This document shows positions 39,011 to 51,779 of a DNA stretch of 64,000 nt, in pieces. Location of the stretch: positions 85,188,001 through 85,252,000 of the forward strand of contig NC_042998.1 in NCBI RefSeq assembly GCF_006345805.1, read 5' to 3'. The DNA is from Octopus sinensis (taxonomy: Eukaryota). Within the stretch, counting starts at the first letter, position 1; each line of letters starts with the position of its first letter. The position numbers and the translations under genes were made by a program. The notes below the pieces were generated by a model. The model saw only the letters and a program-made list of their open reading frames with translations, did no database searches and was not told the origin of the DNA.

Positions 39011-41714
39011 CCTATTGTATGGTAAGCACTGTATTCTATATTTAGGACACTGATAAAAGAGGGTCCTTGAGTCAATGTGCTAGTTTTTTGTAAAGGGCTA
39101 AAAGGGAAGCCAAGAAAGAGAAAATAAAAGCCTCACTATATCTATGTTTGGTAATGATTTCATTCCTAAGAAACAACAAGGTTATGAAAGTCACCAGGAA
39201 CCAAAGAGATGTAAGTTATTGATACACACATATTAAGCTATAACATAGATAAACTATAACACAGCTATGATATTGCTCCTTATTCTTGGAAAATGGAATG
39301 CACGGAATTTATGAGAATCATCAAGAACAACATCATTACCCTAACCAAAGAATGGCTTGACAATGAGGAATAAAAACAGAGTTGATGTGAATATCTATAA
39401 ATGAATAAAAAGACATAGATTTAAGCTACAAGTAACTTTGCAATACCTATCAAAATAGTTGATTAATCATTGATGAAATCTATTAATTATGAAAACAAAC
39501 TAAGCAACAAATGAAGGTATTCGAAGTTTAACTATTATTTTTCTAAGAGAAAGAGATATTTATTTAGTATCTCTGTAACAAAACTGTTAGAAGGAACAAT
39601 GTCTTTGAAGGATCAAACAAATTATTTTGGACAACAAGGAAAAGATTTAGAGAAAAGGTGGGTTAAAAAAAATGTATATTTCTGTATGGATTAATCACTG
39701 GTATTGATTGGAAAGCAACCTGGTTAGGTTTTAATGAACAAAATAATAAAAAAAATTGAAGAATTTGTGAATTAATTCAGAAATAAAGGAAATAATTATT
39801 TACAAGATAAACATATGATTAAGCATGTTGTTAGTTAATAGGTAATTAATTCAGAGAAATGAAGATTGTCATGAAAAAGCGACTTTTAAGAAATTTTAAA
39901 GTTAATAACAATTACATCATGAGAGAGTCATTCTAGCCAGTTAACAACATGCAAAGCTGTTAAATTCACTTTAAATATATTTCATGAAGAATTAAAACCT
40001 TCATCATACATCTCTGACCCAGTCACTGACATGGATCAAAGTGTTACTGACCAAGTTACAGTTGTGTGATAAAAACTTTGACATCCCATGAGATAATTTA
40101 AATTCAAATTGAATTTAACAGATCTGTGTTATTAAATGGCTAAAATGACTCCTCTACAATGTAGTTTGCTTCAGTTTCAATATACAGTCTCAGCTCTAGT
40201 CATCTGCTACACAAGTACAGTTCCAAAAAGAAAAAGACTATCCCAAAGTCTATACTTGGAGCTAGGTTGCACTAATTAATTAGAACATGAGGAATCATAC
40301 TTAGATATAGGATACTTGGACTTAATCAAAATAGCACAACTACCTGGCACACAGCAATATCAGTCAAAGAAAATGATAACATACAATTAATAGACATTAC
40401 CAAAATTGACTGTAGACAAATACAGACTTCAAAGAAAAGAGGAAGGATGATCACTCATTTTCTTTTGGAAGTATCAGTATTTAGTCAAAGTATAACTTTG
40501 ACAAAATATTGCAGCAGCCAAAAGGCAACAAGCAAGAAGGAATAACTAAGAAAAAACAAAAGAAAATGTGGCTTAAAAGAAACAGAGAAACATATATTTT
40601 GCTTTGCTTGTAAACTGAATTTCTTTTTCCAAGTAGGCACAATGCCTGTGATATATGAAAAGTAAAAGTAGTAGTAGTAAAATTGGTTGGGAATGCGATT
40701 TTGTGACATTGATGCCTTTTAAGCAAAGGCATTAGCAACATAAAGTAAAAGAATTAAAACCGAGAATTGAATTTGGATCAAAGACTTGTCTCACCGGGAG
40801 CTTGACACAATTCTACAGTATTTGCCATTTCACAGATAAATATTGTCATTTAAAGACATGTTCTTACATTCACATCATCTTTACTGTACGCCCATAATTC
40901 CATGTCGGACTGAGTGGCTTAGATGAGTTTGAAAATTTAGACATTTTGGTAAATGCCTTTAGAACCATTACTAAAACCAGCCAGTTATGGCATTAGTAAT
41001 TAGATTCCAACAGTATAGTAATTTGTAATTGTAATTTAGTAATGAACTTTTTCAATGACTCGATATTTTAACATTTATCCAATTTTAAAAAGATGCCCTT
41101 TTATTAATTATTTTATCAAATGATTGTCTATATCATGTTCAAATCCACACAACAACATTAAATGTATTGGCAGCATGACTGTTCCATGAAAAACAAAGAG
41201 AATGTTATATTGAGAAAAGATCCAGATACTGGATGCAGAAGATCTAGAAAAAAACCAAAACAAAACTAATGTATTTATAACACAGACAGAAAGCAAGATC
41301 AATGAAACAAATCATGTGCTACAATACTGAAGGACATATTGAGGGGGAGAGGGCTTGGGAGTTGAGTGAGGGAGTAAGAAAACCATTAAATTGTAACTAC
41401 CTAAGTTACTTAAATGTGTTTAAGGAACAGATGAAGGCTTATAAGAGAAATGACAGGGGCACTGATGATTTCTGGCATTATTGGTTTTCTAAACAATACC
41501 AGGAATGACTGAACAGACTGTGAAATGAATGTGTCATTTTAGAATCCATTCTTACCAGGGTGGATCCTAAAATAAGAATTAGAAAAGGACCAGAGATACT
41601 AGTCAGGATATTAAAAAAACAACAACAAAAACCCATCGTCATAAAACTGAAACGCCAATATTTAAGATTTATAATGTGCCAATACTACAACTAATAGTAA
41701 TAATAATTCTTACA

Positions 41715-41925
41715 AATTTTGGCACAAGGCCAGCAATTTTATGGGGTGGAGGAAGTCAATTACATTGACCCCAGTACTTGACTGGTACTTTTTTTATCGA
41801 CCTTGGAGGGATGAAAGGCAAAGTTGACCTCAGAAGGATTTGAGCATAGCATGTAAAGAGCTGGATGAAATGCTGTAAAGCATTTTGTCTGATGCACTAA
41901 CAACTCTTCCAACTCACCATCTTAA
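41715..41925 (-). mobile_element. SINE family B
   Basis: ggcacaaggccagcaatttt...gaccccagtacttgactggtact...gatgaaaggcaaagttgacctc...ctcaccatcttaataataat. Confidence 0.85.
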
Positions 41926-43183
41926 TAATAATGATAAAATAGTAGTAGAAGTATTTGTAATAGTGGTGATGGTCATGTTGATGGTGATAGTAGCAAAAGT
42001 TGTCCTCATTTGGGGAAGAGGGGGGAAAAACTATTTGGAATGAGATTTTTTTCAGCAGCATATTATTAATTAGAAAAGTAATAAAAGTTTTTATTTATAA
42101 TTCCATAATGCCTTCAGATATGTTTTCAGAATTCCTTAACAAATATAAGACCTAAAGAATAAACAGGACATAAACAGAAACAATGTGTGAAAGAATCTGA
42201 AAGAGCGAATAAAAATAAATAAATTTTAAAAATTCTAAAAAAAATTAAATTATACCAAAAAAATGAGGAGACAGAGAGGAGGGCAAATATTCTGCATTTT
42301 TTAAAAAATAATTTGTCAAGATGGTAAAAAAATGGATGTATTTTTTGCTTTTTTCATTTCTGTTTTTTGTTTTTTTATCTCATGATCTGTTAAAAATTAC
42401 ACCGAATGAGAATCATATATTGTATTAAAGCAAACCATTATATTGAATGTGGGTTGTTATTTCATAACCTCAAATGGCAGGATACCTGCCAAGCAATGAC
42501 AGACATAAACAAACAGACTTATTATTGGCAAGGAAAATGAGAGGGAAAAAAAATTTAAAAGTCTTCATTTTTCATTAATTAATAATAATTTTTTTTTTTA
42601 CTCTTCTTTGTAATTTCAATTAAGCTAGTAATCATGAGTGCAGACAGTTCCAAAATAAAAGATTCATCCCCTACTGATAAAAAAAAAAAAAAAAAAAGAC
42701 AATTGGCTCTCACTGAATTCAACAATGAAAAAATTTTTTTAAATAAACTAAGATAAATAAAAAATAACATTATAATAATAATAATGATAATAAACATGCT
42801 CCAAGACAGGATGAAAGAGATTCATCTCCATGGTATCTGCATCAACAGTCTGCAAACCTTATTTATACAACAGCCTTGTTAGCAGTGATTTAGTTTCAGG
42901 AACTTTGTCAGTGCTTTTAATATGAACAACAGGTTTCAACTGTTTGCACATGGAGAGCTAGAGTTCAAATACAATACAAGCACAACCACACAGAGAAAAA
43001 GTGTGCATGAAGATGCGTTAGCAGCAACTTCTACCATTTCGTTTTTGTCACTACGGAAACAATCTCAATCAGAGGCCGAAGGTAGAGGGGGGCAGGGGAA
43101 CAGTGGGGGGGGAGGGAGGCTGAACGATAGAAAGTATCAAATACAGAGCCAGGTGATCAATTCTAAGAGATGAAAGAATGGAG

Positions 43184-43425
43184 TTAAGTTATCAGATCAA
43201 ATGTTTCAGCATAGAGGTCATGCTGGAAGTGTATTTGTCCTTTCAGCGATTCCAACATTTTACGGTGTTCAACACCAAGCTCCCTCAGACTGGAGATACT
43301 CATTAGCAATCGTGGAAAAAGTCCCACTTCATCAGGATGAGCAGCATTAATTTCATGCTGCAAAGCCTGGATTAAAAGTTCTTGAAGCCGGTTAATTTTA
43401 TCACTACGTTCAAGACCATGACGAT
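43184..43425 (-). CDS. Nuclear receptor (NR1 subfamily), terminal exon: LBD helices 9-12
   Basis: Acceptor tttttcctttttcAG, phase 1, (D)RHGLERSDKINRLQELLIQALQHEINAAHPDEVGLFPRLLMSISSLRELGVEHRKMLESLKGQIHFQHDLYAETFDLIT*. Contains DRxGL, FxxLL, LRxLxxxH and an AF-2-like LYAETF. Missing from the ORF track. Confidence 0.93.
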
Positions 43426-43799
43426 CTGAAAAAGGAAAAATAATATGTAAATAAATATTTTATTTCACAATGTTTTTTTTTTTATTTTAAATATTTCATA
43501 GGAAATATTTAAACATCAAACTAAAACAATAGTTGCATAAATCTAATCACTTTAGTATTTAACACAAAAATTAATATGGCATCAATCAATAGAGACTATT
43601 TAGTTCAAATTTATGATAAATGAAGTGCTTCAGTCCTACTGTGCAGTATAAATGTTTTCTACTATAGCCATGGGCTATGCCTTGTGAATGAATCTAAATG
43701 ATGGAAGCTATATGAAAGCCCATCATATGTGCATAAATACATGTGTGTGTGTGTGTGTGCAGGAGTTGCCCAAACTCCTATGTATGTTTTACAACATTA

Positions 43800-44160
43800 T
43801 GGGTTACTATTGGTCAGACTTTATATCCAACCAACAACTCTACTCAGGAACTGAGATGCGTCTTCAATGATTCAGGAGCACCAATTCAGACAGTATAGCA
43901 ATGTTGTATGATCTGCTGAGTTAGACCCTGCTTACTATGTTCTCTTAACTGCAGATCCAGCTGGGTTGACTGCTCTTGTTGGTTGGCCACATGCTACATG
44001 GACACAGAAGATGAGGAGGTATCTTGCAGAAATGCAAAGATGAAGACTGACTGGGATTCTGCTTGACAGATTGCCCAGGAGGGCTCAGGAATATACCAAA
44101 ACAATGGTGATTGCAGCAACTTACTGCAATGGTGCATGCTTCCACACCTGACCTGACTTT
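43800..44160 (+). mobile_element. 3' end of an RTE-like LINE
   Basis: Ends gcatgcttccacacctgacctgact with a short tandem tail; GC-richer body. Confidence 0.45.
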
Positions 44161-44939
44161 GGGGGTAGGCATGGCTGTGTGGTTCAGAATTTCACTTCCT
44201 AATCATATGGTTTTTGGAATTGCTTCCACTGCACATTACCTTGGACTAGTGTCTTACACTGACCAAAATCTCGCGAGTAAGTGCAAGCTGAAAGAAGTCT
44301 GTTATACATATGTGTATTTGTTTACAATTGATTTTTTTCTGAAAAATGCAAGCAAAAATAGCAATGTTGTCGTCAGCTCTCCTGTCAACAAATCATCTAG
44401 TGGCTTTGTTCCTTTGAAGACAGGTGAAAACCCTTATTTGAAAAACAGGTAAGGGCTAGTGGCAACAAAGGCATTCAGCTGTCAATATCTCAGTAAACAT
44501 TTATCTAACCCATGCTGGCAGGGAAAAATTAATGATTATGTGAGAGTGTTTCTCTCCATATCTTGTCTTTATGCAACACTACATGATAACTAGCTTTTAT
44601 TTGCTTCTGATCCTGTTTTTTTTTTCATTGGTTTGTCAGAAAGGAATCCATCAGATAAAGTACCAAACTTGAAAGAATAACTACTGGGATTGTTTTGATC
44701 TACTAAAAACACTTCAAGGTAGTGCCCCAGCATGGCCACAATCCAATGAGTAAAACCAGTGAAATAATATATAATTTTACAATGATTAAAAAAAAAAAAG
44801 TTGCAATGTGTATTTTAAGGATTGTATGAAGTGCTTTTTTTATTATTCAACTGAAAGAATCAGAAATTAAATTATAGCACCTATGTAATCTGCATTGAGC
44901 AATTAAATAATTGAAATCAAAAGTACTTCATTAATTTCC

Positions 44940-45960
44940 TAGAAAACTGGTGGTCAGTAAACGTCAGTTTAATAAAGCCCGCAAAATGGAATTATGTAGT
45001 TGCCGTATATTTTTTAAAAATCTGTTAAAAATATATGTAAGGGAGATAATCCAAATGTGCAAACGTCATTTCATTTTTATAATCATGAAATCAAATATCA
45101 AAACGAATACAAAATCCACAAGATGTAATTAAACAATTGATTCCTGTCTTTAAGTCGGAGAGAACAATATGTGTGACGTCATGAATATTATAAAATCGAA
45201 TACTTACTTTGAAAATAGATATTTCTTTCATTCAAATAAAAATAAATGTAAAGGTTTTAGTAAAAAAAATCCCGTCATTCCTCGTGATTATATTTTAGAA
45301 AACCTTGATAAGTATCGAGATTGTATTTCTTGTAAAATGAAAACAAGAATCATTATTTCCTTATAGCCATTTTGTAGTGCCAATATAGGAATTTTTTCAT
45401 TTTATTTGGCCCATAGATATTGATAACTATATATTAATGAATTAGTTTTGGAAGGTTCTCGTAATAGAAGATGAAAGTAAATCTCGAGAGAAACTTTCAG
45501 AACAAATTATATTCAGTTAGATGGAAAGATACTTTATTGCAAACCTGTTCAACTTGTATGATTATACGAACAAGAATGTTGAATCAACGACGGTTATAAT
45601 ATACGAGAGAGTATGTACAACTACATACAATACACCAATTATTGGCAACTCAGCCAAGTAAGAGTTATATACCTTGTCAGGAGACGCACAATATAAGCAG
45701 AGTAGCAACAACATGCAGTTGGATTTTTCTTTATTGAACTTTCCCAAATCAACAGAAAGTACTGAGAATGAAACTTCCGGCATCAGTTGTTAGTTGTCGG
45801 AGCACTGCATCCTTCAAAACTTCCATGCTTTCTGAGATTAGCCAACACTACACCCGATTTTCTCCCCCACATACACACACAAGCATGTATCTGACTCATA
45901 CATTGTTCGCTTTCCAGACATTTGTACATTACTGCATATACTCTATACGCACTTGCTGAC
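44940..45960. promoter_or_regulatory. CpG-retaining promoter/enhancer-like island inside the receptor's last intron
   Basis: About 23 CpG in about 1.0 kb (hand count) versus 1-2 per kb in typical non-repeat flanks such as 23-24 kb. TGACGTCA at 45174-45181, CGTCA at 44962, 45064 and 45273, inverted CCAAT pair at 45635-45645, CCGGAAGT at 45780->45773. Confidence 0.5.
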
Positions 45961-46376
45961 AAGTTGTGGTGCACCTGAGCACTGTATACAATAATTTCAT
46001 TATTATTTTTTTTTATAATGCTAAAATTCACAATCGTATAACTGAATTTAGAACCAGCCCAAAGTTACTGGCACCCCAAACAACCTCAATTTTAGTGACT
46101 TTAGAGTATACACATATACATTTTAAAATTTTTACAAGGAGTAAAACTTTTAAATGTAGAGAAAAAATTATCACAATTTATAAAATATAAGAATAATGCT
46201 AATATTTTATCTATTTCCATTCTGCACTTGCCTTTTATTTTAAAAAAATCTCTAACATATGATGTGACCCCTCAAAGTCTGAGATACCCAAAGCAACTAC
46301 CCTAGTTGTTGTTATAACAACAATCCAGTTCAGGTTGGGTTATTTAAAATCACAAAGGTTTAACAAAACGACAGTT

Positions 46377-46658
46377 ACAGTTCTATATTTAAGAGATGAG
46401 GAATTATGTACATTATTTACATTTGATGGATATTTGTCCTCATCTTGTTTTTTGTTAACACAACGTTTTGGCTGATATATCCTCGAGCCTTCATCAGGTG
46501 TCTTGGGGAAATTTCGAACCTGGGTTCTCATTCCTAAGGTATTTTTCGATGTTGTTGTTATTATTATTATTATTATTATTATTCAGGTCACTGTCTGGAA
46601 TTGAACTCGGAATCTTGGGGTTAAAAGCCTGTGCTCTTAACCACTATGCCATATGCCC
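46377..46658 (-). mobile_element. tRNA-headed SINE family C carrying a hammerhead-like 3' module
   Basis: Head GGGCATATGGCATAGTGGTTAAG with A box TGGCATAGTGG (46651->46641) and B box GAGTTCAATTCC (46608->46597), internal (AAT/AAC)n, then the CTGATGA-containing body. Confidence 0.8.
46457..46502 (-). ncRNA. Minimal type I hammerhead ribozyme fold, G12A-mutated in this copy
   Basis: GACAC-CUGAUGA-A-GGCU(cgaggauauauc)AGCC-AAAA-CG-U-U-GUGUU. Helix I GACAC/GUGUU, helix II GGCU/AGCC, palindromic helix III ACGU, NUH = GUU. GAAA core reads AAAA. Confidence 0.6.
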
Positions 46659-47486
46659 ACAAGTATATGGCATAGTGGTTAAGGTAGTAAGCCCATTATG
46701 CATGCAAGACTCCAGGAGCCAGAGATGATTTTTAATATCTTTCAAATGAAAATAATGTAAAATGACAGTTACTTCAAGACTGCTCTACTCAGTAGATATA
46801 CTTAAAGAGGACTAACAATTCTGTTGAGAATTATGTTTCCGGGATCATCATCATTGTTTTAATATTCACATTTCCATGCTTGCATAGGTCAGATGAAATT
46901 CCTTGAGTCAGATTTATGCAGCTAGGTGCCATTTCTGTCACAAACTCTCAATAGTTTCCAAGCAAGGATAAATTTCCCAAAGTCCTTTGAACATGAAACA
47001 TGTTTTTCACAGAAAACTGCAAATAGACAATATCATCATCACTTAACATCCATTGTCTATGCTGGCATGATTTGGATGGTTTGACCAGGGCTGGTAAGCT
47101 GGAAGGCTGCACTATACTTCAGTCTGATTTGGCATGGTTTTCTAAAGCTGGATGCTCTTCTTAATGCCAACCACTCTGAGAGTGTAATGGATGCTTTTAC
47201 ATGCGAATGTGCGTGTATGTTTGTATTGACACTGTGCTAATTGTCAGCAAATGTCACTTGGTTGCTAACTTTCAGATTACAGGAAATATCACCTTGCTTG
47301 GAAACCTGTGAGAATTGGTGACATGAAGAGTATCTATAGAAAAATCTATCACAACAAATTTTGTCTGATCCATGAAGGTATGAACAAGTAAATGTTAAAA
47401 CAATGATGAACAAATACATAGATAAAAAGATATAAGTACATTAGTGAAGAAAAACAAAAGAAAATTAAATAGTGTTAAGAAGTTAC

Positions 47487-47706
47487 CTGGAGATATTAGC
47501 ACCAGAGAACTGAACAATGCTGTTTCTATGTCACGCAAATTAAAGGCATTGAAGCGGGTACAGAAGTTAAAGAGAAAGTCAACAAAATGTTCTCCAAGAG
47601 GAAATCCAGCTTTCATGTCATCTCGGCTCATTAGCAACCCAGAGTCTGAGGCTATAATGGTATTGCTGTCCCCATCAACCAAATTGGAATGAACTACACA
47701 AGCAAT
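47487..47706 (-). CDS. Nuclear receptor LBD exon (helices 5-8)
   Basis: Acceptor atttcttttattcAG, 220 nt phase 0-1, IACVVHSNLVDGDSNTIIASDSGLLMSRDDMKAGFPLGEHFVDFLFNFCTRFNAFNLRDIETALFSSLVLISP, donor G|GTAACT. Confidence 0.93.
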
Positions 47707-48397
47707 CTGAATAAAAGAAATATAAATAAATAAATGTGTAACCAGAAACATTAAGCAAATATTTAACAACATTTACCATACACATAGCATCATTAAATGT
47801 GTAGTTAAGTAGCATTAATACTATTACAACTTATATGACCGTCATGAAAAATTATGAAGCAGTGAAGGAGTGCAAGTCAGAATTTGAACCAGTAACAGTG
47901 CTTCATGTGGTTTCTCAGTGTTCTTGCTATAAATATTAGAAATATTCTTCACAAATAAGTTAATAATAAATCAGATAATGTAGTCATATATATGTAATAA
48001 GACTGGATGGTTACAGTTGGAAAGCCTTTGATCATAGAGGTCTGCTAAGCACCACCATTTACAACCAAAACGTTCTTACTGAATAATACCTTTATTTTTA
48101 CATATTTAATGTAAAAATAATTACATTTATAAATATATATATATTTTTTTTTTACAATATATTTAACTTTTCATGTCAAATATGTGTTGAATCAGCAATG
48201 TAAAACAGACAGCACCAAAACGTCTCATCATTAGTTTGAGAGGATTTCAGTTATGGAAGATTAAAGAAGCATTCTTTTACAAATTTAGTAATATTGCACA
48301 ATTTAAATTACAGAAATAATGAACACTACAATAGAGTCAGGGAGGAAAAAGATCCCTGCTCCCACCCCAATCAAAAAATAATATAAACAATATTTAC

Positions 48398-48574
48398 CTC
48401 AAAACAACCCCCTTTTATTAATTTAATCTGACTGTCTTGTTCTAATGATGTAAAGCCAGGGATTTTTTTAGCAAATACTATTACATCTTGTATGGTTTTG
48501 TTAATACGGTGTTGAAAACTTTGCCAGCAAAGATCGCCTAACTTTTCAGTTCTAGAAGACAATGAGGGACCATT
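48398..48574 (-). CDS. Nuclear receptor LBD exon (helices 3-4)
   Basis: Acceptor ctttttgtctttcAG, 177 nt phase 0-0, NGPSLSSRTEKLGDLCWQSFQHRINKTIQDVIVFAKKIPGFTSLEQDSQIKLIKGGCFE with the LBD signature FAKxIPGFxxLxxxxQxxL, donor GAG|GTAAAT. Confidence 0.95.
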
Positions 48575-49242
48575 CTGAAAGACAAAAAGGATTGAAATTT
48601 AGATATGAAATATTTAACACGTTTTCTGACACACAAAACATATATAGACAGAAATATTTATGACAGCAACCCTCTTGAGACTGTCCTTGCTTTTGTGATA
48701 CAAACTTCCTTTTTAATGTAATTTAAATTAAAACTATTCTTTAAATTTTCATTATAATCAAAATTTCAAATTCCATCTTAATAATGACAAGGTTTCTTTT
48801 TTGATTAAATTCTTCATTATTTTAAAAATTAATTGAAACAAAGGCATTTTATTTTAACAGAAATATGGTATCAAATCAGTTAATACTTAAAATACAGAAG
48901 ACAATACAAGCACAGAAGAAAATGCATGCATATACAAAAATCTGAAGAAATATTCAGACATGTATTCATACAGAACTTGGAATATCGAAAATACAGAGGC
49001 TTATGAAAAGGTGTTTAGTAAAACAATGATAGGTTAAATTATTTACAAGTATGACAAAAATACAATGTACCAATACACCAACAATAAACATGTGAGCAGA
49101 CAATGACTGAATAAATAAATTATATATATATATATATATATAACATTAACAACCAAAATAAATAAAACTAAAAATTGTAAAGTATTTAGCCATGTACCCC
49201 AAAACAATAATGATGTTAAGAAACCTTATTAGTATTATTTTT

Positions 49243-50092
49243 AGGAGGCAGCAAGCTGGGCAAAATGCTTAGCAGGATATCTTCCTGCTTTACTTTCTCA
49301 ATTCAAATTCTACTGAGGTTGAATTTAACTTTCATCCATCTGGGGTTGATAAAATAAGTACCAATTGAGTACTAGGGTTTAATGTAATCAACTAGCTCCC
49401 TTCTACAAAATTTCAGGCTTTGTGCCTATAATAGAAAGGATTATTATTATTTTGGGGCAAATTAAAGGGGAGAGGATAAGTTGATACCATCAGTTCCAGT
49501 ACTTGACTGGTCCTTTACTGTTTTAAAAACCCTGAAAGGATGAAAGACAAAGTTAGCCTTAGCAAGATTTGGCACATTGCTGATTCAGATCCTGTTGAGG
49601 TCAACTCTACTTTTCATCACTCCAGAGTTAATAAAGTAAAGGGCATAGTACTAGAGTCAATGGGATTGACTAATCTCCACCTCACAAAATTGCTGGCCTT
49701 GTGCCTAAATTAGAAATAAAACAATAATTATAATAATAATCCTTTCTACTATATGCACAAGGCCTGAAATTTTGGGGATGAGGAAAGTTGACCACATTGA
49801 TCCCAGTACTTGACTGGTACTTCATTTATCAACCCCAAAAAGGATGAAAGGTGAAGTCAACCTTGGCAGAATTTTAACTCAGAGCATAAAGGTTGACGAA
49901 ATGCCACTAAGCATTTTGTCCAGTGTGAAAACAATTCTGCTAGCTCACTGTCTTAACAACAACAATAATAATCATAATAATGTCATTTAAAGGCAATTTA
50001 GTTGATTACATAGATATAACCAACTTGCCCCATCCCCCAAAATTTCAGGCCTTGTATCTGCAGTAGAAAGAAATATAACAGCCAAAATAAGC

Positions 50093-50125
<33 letters not shown>

Positions 50126-51725
50126 TAATAATAATAATAATCCTTTCTACTAAAGGCACAAGGCCTGAAATTTTGGAGGAGGGGACTAGTCGATTACGTC
50201 AACCCCAGTGTTTCACCGGTACTTCATTTATCAACCCCAGTGGAATTTGAACTCAGAATGTAGCGATGGGCAAAATACTGCTAATTATTTTGTCCAGCAT
50301 GTTAATGATTCTGCCTTAATAATAATAATTTCATTTATTTGCCACAAGGGTGAAGGATGATGGGAGGGGCAATACAAAGACAGACATAAAGTGTGGGGTT
50401 TATATATAATGAAATGATGGGGGGAAAAAAATGAAACACGTATACATTGTATACACTGAAAAAGAAGGGACACATGCGTAACATACAAAATTTTTAAATA
50501 ATAATAATAATCCTTTCTATTATAGACACAAAGCCTGAAACTTTGAGGAAAGGGGATAGTCAGTTACATTGACCCCAGTGCGTAGCTGGTACTTATTTCA
50601 TTGACCCTGAAAGGACGAAAGGTAAAGTAAATCTTGGTGGAATTTGAACTCAGAATGTAACGACGGACGGAATGCCACTAAACATTTAGGCACAAGTCTG
50701 ATGATTTTGAGGAAGGGGAATTAGTCAATACCACCAATCCCATTACTTGACACATCTATTTTATTGACTTCACAAGAATGAAAGGCAAACTTGACCTCAG
50801 CAGGATTTGAACTCAGAAATGGGAAGAAATACCACAAGGTATTTTATTTGCCACTCTAATGTTTCTGCTAGCTGACTGCTTCACTAATAAGACTTTCAAA
50901 TTTTGGCACAAGGCCAGCAAGTTTTAGAGAAGTTGCTAAGTTGATTACAACAACCCCAGTACCTGGCCAGTACTTTATTGGGTTTGAACTCAGAATATGA
51001 AAAGATAAATCAAAATTCTACAAAGTAATGAGCTTGATGCTCAACCAATTTAACCATCACCACTCTTTAGTAATAACAATGATTTTTCAAGCTAAAAATT
51101 ATTTATAACATTTGTAAATGATCCCAAAACAAAACATTAAATAAGCTAGAGAAAAAAAATGACCTTCAAAAATAATGAATTAACTGGTGCAAAGCTATAA
51201 ATATTTAGGAAATAACTTATTTTTACACTGCCTCTAGTAATTGATACTGAGGATGGTGATGATGAGATGTAACTGAATACCAAAAAAATTGTTTGATATC
51301 AATTCTGCCATCTACAATAATGATTTTTAGTACTGGCACAATTTAGAGGTAAGTACAGTTGATGAAACCCATCCTAGTAATTAATTAGTATAGGAGGACG
51401 AGGTGGGTGTTGTGGGATACAGGTTCAGAACAATGAAATACAACTAGTATTTCATTGATTCCTTGATCCACTGATGTTAACAACAATAACAACAACAATA
51501 AATAATCATTCTAACATAGATGCAAGGTGGGAAATTTGGAGAAAGGATTAGTCAATCAAATAGATTACAGTATTTTTCTGGTACTTTATTGGCCCTGAAA
51601 GGATGATAAAATAAGCTTGATCTCAAAGTCAACCACAACAAAACTTGGACACAAAATGTAAAGAGCCAGAAGAAATGTTGCTAAGCATTTTGTCTAATGC
51701 ACTAACAATTTTGCCAGCTCAGTCT
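49243..51725. mobile_element. Dense array of about 10-11 family-B SINE copies and fragments in both orientations
   Basis: Sense copies at about 49243-49450 and 49575-49720; antisense copies at about 49450-49570, 49735-49955, 50135-50300, 50505-50880, 50895-51060 and 51500-51725; (AAT)n spacers. Confidence 0.85.
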
Positions 51726-51779
51726 TAATAATAATAATAATAATAAGTACAAAAAGGACATGAAGAATTACAAAAGAAG

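Noticed and set aside
36454-40800. CCGGTG/CCCGGTG sites as miR-36-family seed matches on the minus strand
   Set aside because: Short matches; transcript membership and miRNA repertoire cannot be established from the sequence.
40790-40830. Possible start exon MANTVELCQAP with donor G|GTGAGA
   Set aside because: No phase-1 downstream exon could be joined to it with an open frame.
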